Source: Trypethelium eluteriae
Lineage: Eukaryota
DNA length: 39,002 bases
Reading direction: 5' to 3'
Assembly (NCBI GenBank): GCA_051942245.1
Contig: JAVECL010000181.1
Span: forward strand, 1-39,002
The stretch's first letter is position 1. Each line of letters starts with the position of its first letter. Of this stretch, positions 33,593 to 39,002 are shown piece by piece. The translations under genes and the position numbers were made by a program. A model generated the notes under the pieces. It saw only the letters and a program-made list of their open reading frames with translations. It did not search any database and had not been told where the DNA came from.

Positions 33593-35440
33593 TCAATCCC
33601 TGTGCTGAAATAGCTGGCTGATGCTCTCCCCATGGTGAGTCCTCCGAATCGCCTCGGCAAGTAAGTTACTCACATCCAGCACCGTCAGCTTCGTAGTTTG
33701 ACGAGCCTTTTCTGGCGGAATGGCGAGAGTATTAGTGACGATTATCTCGTTGATGCAGTTGCATCCTTCCATCTCGGCAAGACAATCACCCCCAAATAGG
33801 CCATGGGTAGCCATGCAGTATACCCTGGTGGCGCCTCCGCGTTTGACTACCGTCTCAGCGGCAGCGATCCAAGAACCGGCCTTGTCGATCATATCGTCGA
33901 CGATGATGACGGGTTTGTCACGCACCTTGCCGACGAGAGTCACGGTCGTTTCTAGCTCCGGATTTTTGAGGTCTTCTTCCTCGCCTTCATCGGAGTCAGC
34001 AGCGTCACCGGTGCCACCTAGGGCATGGTCGATGGGCTTGGCTGAAGAGGCCGTGGACATGAAGGAGTTCATCATGTTTCCACTTGCAGATTCCTCGTCG
34101 GAGCTCTGTCGATTGCGGCTGTATCCGGATCGAGTTGAATAAGGTGGTGAAGGGTGGTCGTCGTCGACGATATGGCCATGCACGAGACGGCCAGTGGTCA
34201 CATCACGGGCAGGCTAAGCAGAACTTAGAGAAATTCAGAAATCCTAGGTTTTTCCTTACCTCATCCGTGTATTCTTCATCTCCAGGAAGTCTCGGAATGT
34301 GAGCTGCACTTGCACCTGCTTGAGCTCGACTTAAACGTGCGGGAGACGAAGCTGGGGAAGATGACGATGATGAGTTGTTCTGCAAAGCACGCCTGGTAAC
34401 GATCGAGCTGCTGCTGTTGCCGTTGCCAAAACGCGGTGGCACAGGAGTGCGAGGTGGAATAGCAGTCATAGGAGGACTGACGGTGGAAGCTCCTCTACCC
34501 CGTACCGCAGCTCTTCCGCCTATACCATGTGGACTATGCTCGCTAGCATTCCGAGCCTCAAGGGTGCCTTCATTTGGCTCAAGCAAGGTCATCGCGTCCA
34601 CATCCAAGTCCGTCATATCCCCTTCAACCGACCCATCAGTCATTCGATCGAATATGGTGCTATCAAACACACTGCCGCTACCAGGATAACGTGGTCTACG
34701 TCTGTCCGTCATGACGATTCCGAAGCTTAGTTTCAATGCATCCGCAAGAGAGGTGACGCGCTTTGTTCCGCCAGCATTTTTGCTCACCACCACGGCCTCT
34801 TGCCAGGACGGTACGTTATGTTTGATCCAGCGCGCAAGGATTGGTTCGGCGACGAGGTTGTCGACAGGGCACTGGAAGAAACCTTGCATCTGACTTGCAT
34901 GAAGGTCGATTGTCGTGACGTGGGTGACACCAGCTACAGCCATCTGGTTCGCCAGCATGCGAGCAGTGATGGCCCCGCGGTGGGACTTTTTCTTGGACTG
35001 GCGCGAATAGGGAAAGTACGGCAAAACGGCTGATGATATTATTGAGTCAGTGATACCATTCCTATATTGTAGATAGATTTCACCTGTGATTTTGCTCGCC
35101 GAGCCGCCTCTACAGGCATTGATCATGATAAGAAGCTCGATTACCGCATCATTGATTCTGGGACTGAGTTAACGGGAAAGCACCAATGATGCTGTTCATA
35201 CACACTTTGGACTGCCGCTCTGAACGATGAAGACGTGCTGGTCACGAATTGAGGTTTCTGGGATCGTTAGCCCGGCGTTTGTCGAAGGTATCGGGCTGGT
35301 GACTAACTGATCTCGACGCTGGTCTCGCCATTGCTGAAGAAACCCAAGGCGGCCTGTGCTGGCTTCTGACCGAGACGTTCGCAAATGCTATCGACCAGCG
35401 CGGGATGAGAAGAGCCTGAGAAGATCTGCGTCTGGCGCAT
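33593..35440 (-). CDS. prs1: Ribose-phosphate pyrophosphokinase (PRPP synthetase), PRS1-type with long internal insertion
   Basis: Motifs IFSGSSHP, FSNGETSV, PYFPYSRQSKKKSHRGAITARMLAN, DLHASQMQGFF, SKNAGGTKR, IVDDMIDKAGS and ATHGLF. Introns at 35307-35258, 35205-35158, 35083-35030 and 34259-34214. Confidence 0.96.
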
Positions 35441-35864
35441 CGCTGCCGAAGACGGTGGGAGCATGCATAGAGAGGTTTGTTGCCAGCTAGAAATTTTTTG
35501 GGATGCTCGCGACCTCGACGCACCCCGCGCTTTGGCGTGACAAACGACAAACTGCAGGGGAGGGGAAAACCTGGCCGCCAACGTCACTTCCCAGTCAGCC
35601 TCAGGAAACTTTCTGGATGACCCATCTCTTCATCAAACATCAGTGGGTGTCGAATTGACGTTTGACCGGGATTGAGACAAGCGATCGATCAGCTCTCAGC
35701 CTGTCAAGTCTCCACGTGGACTTTTCTCCCGCGAGATTATCGCCTTTCATTCAAATTACAGATTACGCCAATTTTCTGTGTCACTCAGATCTCGCGCATG
35801 AACACCAGGAACCGTGAATACCGTGGTACCTTAGGTACGTACAATATAATTCAGGGTCCAAGGT

Positions 35865-36505
35865 ATGGGTTCCAAGGCTATTATTCGACCGGCGACAGCC
35901 CAGGACATCCCAAAAATAAAGGCAATCCATGATCACTATGTGTACAATAGTGTTCTTACCCTCCACAGTGAGCCTCGCCCAGAGCAAGACCTTCACCGAA
36001 GGTTCCAGACAGCCTTAGAACGCGGTCTACCCTATATTGTTTGTCAGGACGAGGAATCAAGACACATCCTTGGCTATGCCTTTGCTTTCCCTTTCAATCG
36101 CAAGGTAGCTGGTCTCGCCCAGACAGTCGAAATCAATCTCTTCTGTCATCCCAACTACACGCGACAACAGATAGCGAGACATCTGCTTGAAGATCTGTTG
36201 GCCATATTGAAAAGGCCTTCGAGCTCTGGCCATGCGACCTTCTTTCGCCCCGGAATCAAGCCTCACCAGGCGGCTCAGGTCATTGCCTGTGTTGGCATAG
36301 ATGAGCTAGGGCCAAAAGGCGGACTAGGTCTTATAGACTGGTACAAACAGTTCGGGTTCGATGAGAGCGGGCGACTGAAGAAAGTGGGCTGTAAATTCAA
36401 CCGATGGTGAGCCTCTATTCCGTCCTTTTGGTTACACTCGTCAATCACCATTGCTCATCGTGTGATAGGATTGATCAGGTGTACCTACAAATTTCCCTCA
36501 TTTGA
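35865..36505 (+). CDS. GNAT N-acetyltransferase (phosphinothricin acetyltransferase / YncA-like)
   Basis: IRPAT..DI..I..I..HYV.NSVLT, ILGYAFA, TVEINLFCHP and GFDESGRLKKVGCKFNRW|IDQVYLQISLI*. Intron at 36407-36468. Confidence 0.88.
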
Positions 36506-36967
36506 TACTTCCGTTACTTCGGTGCGTTTGCCTCGGATTTCCCTAGACGCTATGGATTCTGCAATGATCCATTCCATGCGTCGAGGTGAATGTCAGGCCC
36601 CTCTCGATCAAATGGTACAGCAAAGTCAGGATCGGAATATCCAGCACCGTGACCAGCGCCGTGAATATTCGCTCACTTTACGAAGCATAGGCTCAGTGAA
36701 GTTTAAGACCCCTGACCCCTGACTTCTTTAATTTCTTCTATTTTTATATCACGCACTGGGGCATAAATAACGCCACCACCAAGTTTTCTCCCACAAGCAA
36801 AACCTGTTCCTGAATTTCCTACACAAAACCGGCATCAACAGTCGCTACTCTTACATCATACATTATTGACCTAGCTGCATTTTCCTTACCTTCATACCCA
36901 ATTTAACTTGCTGCGAAGCAGAGCACTATCTGTTCACGGAAAGATTTAAACCCGAACCTTGAACGAC

Positions 36968-37787
36968 ATGGATCGTGGCCAGAATTCATCTGAGTGTAAG
37001 TCAGAGCTACCCCATATTCGTAGAAATGCCAGTAGGAGGTCACTGAAGATATACATTAACATCGGTAACAGCACCTTTGAAAGATGAAGCTGCCAAGCCA
37101 CGGTGTCAAGCTAACGATGAAGTATCACCGGCCACACAGATCTCTGGAGTATCAGAGAAGATCCAGAACTTTGCAGGGTATACTCAGAGCGCTGTAGAGA
37201 AAACTGAACACGCTGCAGAGAGTTCTTACGAAGCCGCAGAGAAAGCTCGTGAAGCCGCAAATGAAGTCAACGAAGCAGCGAGACTTGTTTCTCGCGACGC
37301 CAACAGCAAGCCTGAGGATCCACAAGCACTAGGGTCTGAGAGAGATGCTGCTCTTTCACCGCTGTCTTCTGAGCAGACTCCGAGGGATGAATGTCAATGG
37401 AAAGGTGTGTACAATGAGAGTCTGAATGTAGCTCTACCTTTTCAAACACATCAAGATTCCCAGGATCTACTTCCTGCATGGTCTTGGTACACAAGCTCAC
37501 TACTCCTAGACTTGCTTTGTGCTGGCAGCAATGCCCAAATTTCTGGCTTCCCTGCTCCGAACTCTGGTACTCTTTGCCAGGAAACGTTCCATGTCCACGA
37601 TACACAGCTGTCAGTGGACTCTACTCAAAAAGTAGACGAGCAACCTCCCTCGGTGTCAACAGACGACGGACCAGGAGATAAACCCCGAAAAGTAGATAGC
37701 CCAAGGACAGACACCAGAGCACGTGGTGGCGATAATGGTGATGTAGAGGATTCACGACTCAATCCATGGATCCCAAGATTCCATTGA
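36968..37787 (+). CDS. Hypothetical, largely disordered protein with a short Ala/Glu-rich helical segment
   Basis: ATG at 36968. Intron 36996-37071 (GTAAGT...TTAAC...AACAG) splices in frame into the 236-aa ORF. No recognisable domain. Confidence 0.55.
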
Positions 37788-38530
37788 CCAGCATAGCTGA
37801 GGCTACGATAATGGGGCAAGCATTCGTGCAGAAGGGCATCGGACCCGTCTTGGCCTACGGAGGACAACACTTCTTTTATTTGCCTACATGCTCAATTCAC
37901 TCATCATGCACTCATATCGATCAGTACCACTTTTATCTTTCTCGATTTTGTGCAGGGCTTTTCGTGGCTGTGAAGAGTGTTATCGCACTGTGAGTGAGCT
38001 CAGATCTACATAAAGTCTAAAATTTCCATTCAATATCAATCATTTTAGAAAAGAACATCAGTAGCACCACTCATCCCGTGTGGATAGTGTCAACCCAACT
38101 GGTTTTAGAAGATTTCATCAACTTGCAGCCTGCTCGGGCACTGCTTGTTCCGCGCGTCAAAGAAAGGCTGTTCACTCCGAATTTTCTCACAACAGCTTTG
38201 TCCGTGGCTGCACACTGTCACCCCAGCCCAAATAATTTTATGTTTCTTTGTCTCCAGCCGTGTGCAAACCTATGGAAAACAATTTCAATTTACCACTCAG
38301 CCATCGCATCCGGAAAAGTCACACGTGAAGCTGCTTTGTCTTTTGCGTCTTTCCGTCACCTTATTTCCATCACGATGCTACGACACTTGTGCTTCGAAAA
38401 TTTCTTCTCAAACGAGTTCGCAACTTACTTCCTCGCATTTCTTCAAGCTCCACTATAGCTTCCGATACTCCCCTTTAAATCTCAACCCAAGTCAAAACGT
38501 CCTAAATTCCCCCCTCTCCCCCAATCCACT

Positions 38531-39002
38531 ATGTGCGTCCTCCGCTTCGTCCACGCCTGCGGCCACATCCGCGAACACATCTACAGCACCGCCCGCAGCC
38601 CAGACGAAATGTGCATCTGCGGCCGGATCCTCACGCAAGACTCCACGGACGACGCGTGCGGCCTCGCGAACTGCCACCTCACGCCGCCGAACGCCCACTC
38701 CTCCTCCTCTTCCTCCTCCTCCAACACCACCAGCCTCGTCGCCATCCACACGCAGTTCGAGCCTTACCCGATCCCCGCGAGCGACCTCGTCCCCTCCTCC
38801 GACCTCAGCCTCGAGGAGCAGCTCGCGGTGCTGGATGCCGAGCGGCACCAGCTGAACATGCAGGACGCGCGCATCCGGCGGGAGCGTGGCGCGGTGGAGG
38901 AGGAGGCGCGCTTGCTGGAGAGCGAGGCGCAGGTGCTTGAAAGTCGGTTTGCGAGTGGGGCGCTCGCGAGCTGGGAGGGGGAGGAGGCGAGGAGGGTGAT
39001 GC
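38531..39002 (+). CDS. Hypothetical protein with an N-terminal Cys/His motif (MC...CGH...CxC...CxxxxC) then a coiled coil; runs off the window
   Basis: Open from ATG 38531 to the edge and absent from the ORF track: MCVLRFVHACGHIREHIYSTARSPDEMCICGRILTQDSTDDACGLANCHL...SLEEQLAVLDAERHQLNMQDARIRRERGAVEEEARLLE. Third codon positions are almost all G/C. Confidence 0.75.
   Translation, partial: MCVLRFVHACGHIREHIYSTARSPDEMCICGRILTQDSTDDACGLANCHLTPPNAHSSSSSSSSNTTSLVAIHTQFEPYPIPASDLVPSSDLSLEEQLAVLDAERHQLNMQDARIRRERGAVEEEARLLESEAQVLESRFASGALASWEGEEARRVM

Noticed and set aside
33960..34700. Long low-complexity insertion in PRPP synthetase
   Set aside because: An expected feature of fungal PRS1-type subunits (non-homologous region), not novel.

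Overview
Eukaryotic DNA from a filamentous ascomycete (Pezizomycotina), judged from short 46-110 nt GT-AG introns with CTRAC/CTAAY-type branch sites and fungal gene families. I reconstructed 13 spliced or unspliced genes by hand, several absent from or split in the ORF track. The left part (1-19.3 kb) looks accessory. It holds a PD-(D/E)XK-like fungal hypothetical gene and an AT-rich stretch with a 12-bp minisatellite. Next is a ~1,580-aa beta-rich plus coiled-coil gene with a frameshift and in-frame TAG, set head-to-head with two tandem paralogous small genes of unknown family. A secreted heme-thiolate peroxygenase and a HeLo-pseudokinase follow. The middle (19.9-29.8 kb) has a divergent SDR/flavin monooxygenase pair and a divergent SBP56-like/oxalate-bicupin pair. 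The right part has a Cys-rich Ser/Thr kinase, the housekeeping PRS1-type PRPP synthetase, a GNAT and two hypothetical genes. The best candidate for an undescribed system is the 4.5-12.6 kb giant gene plus paired small genes. All family calls come from motif recognition; no database search was run.
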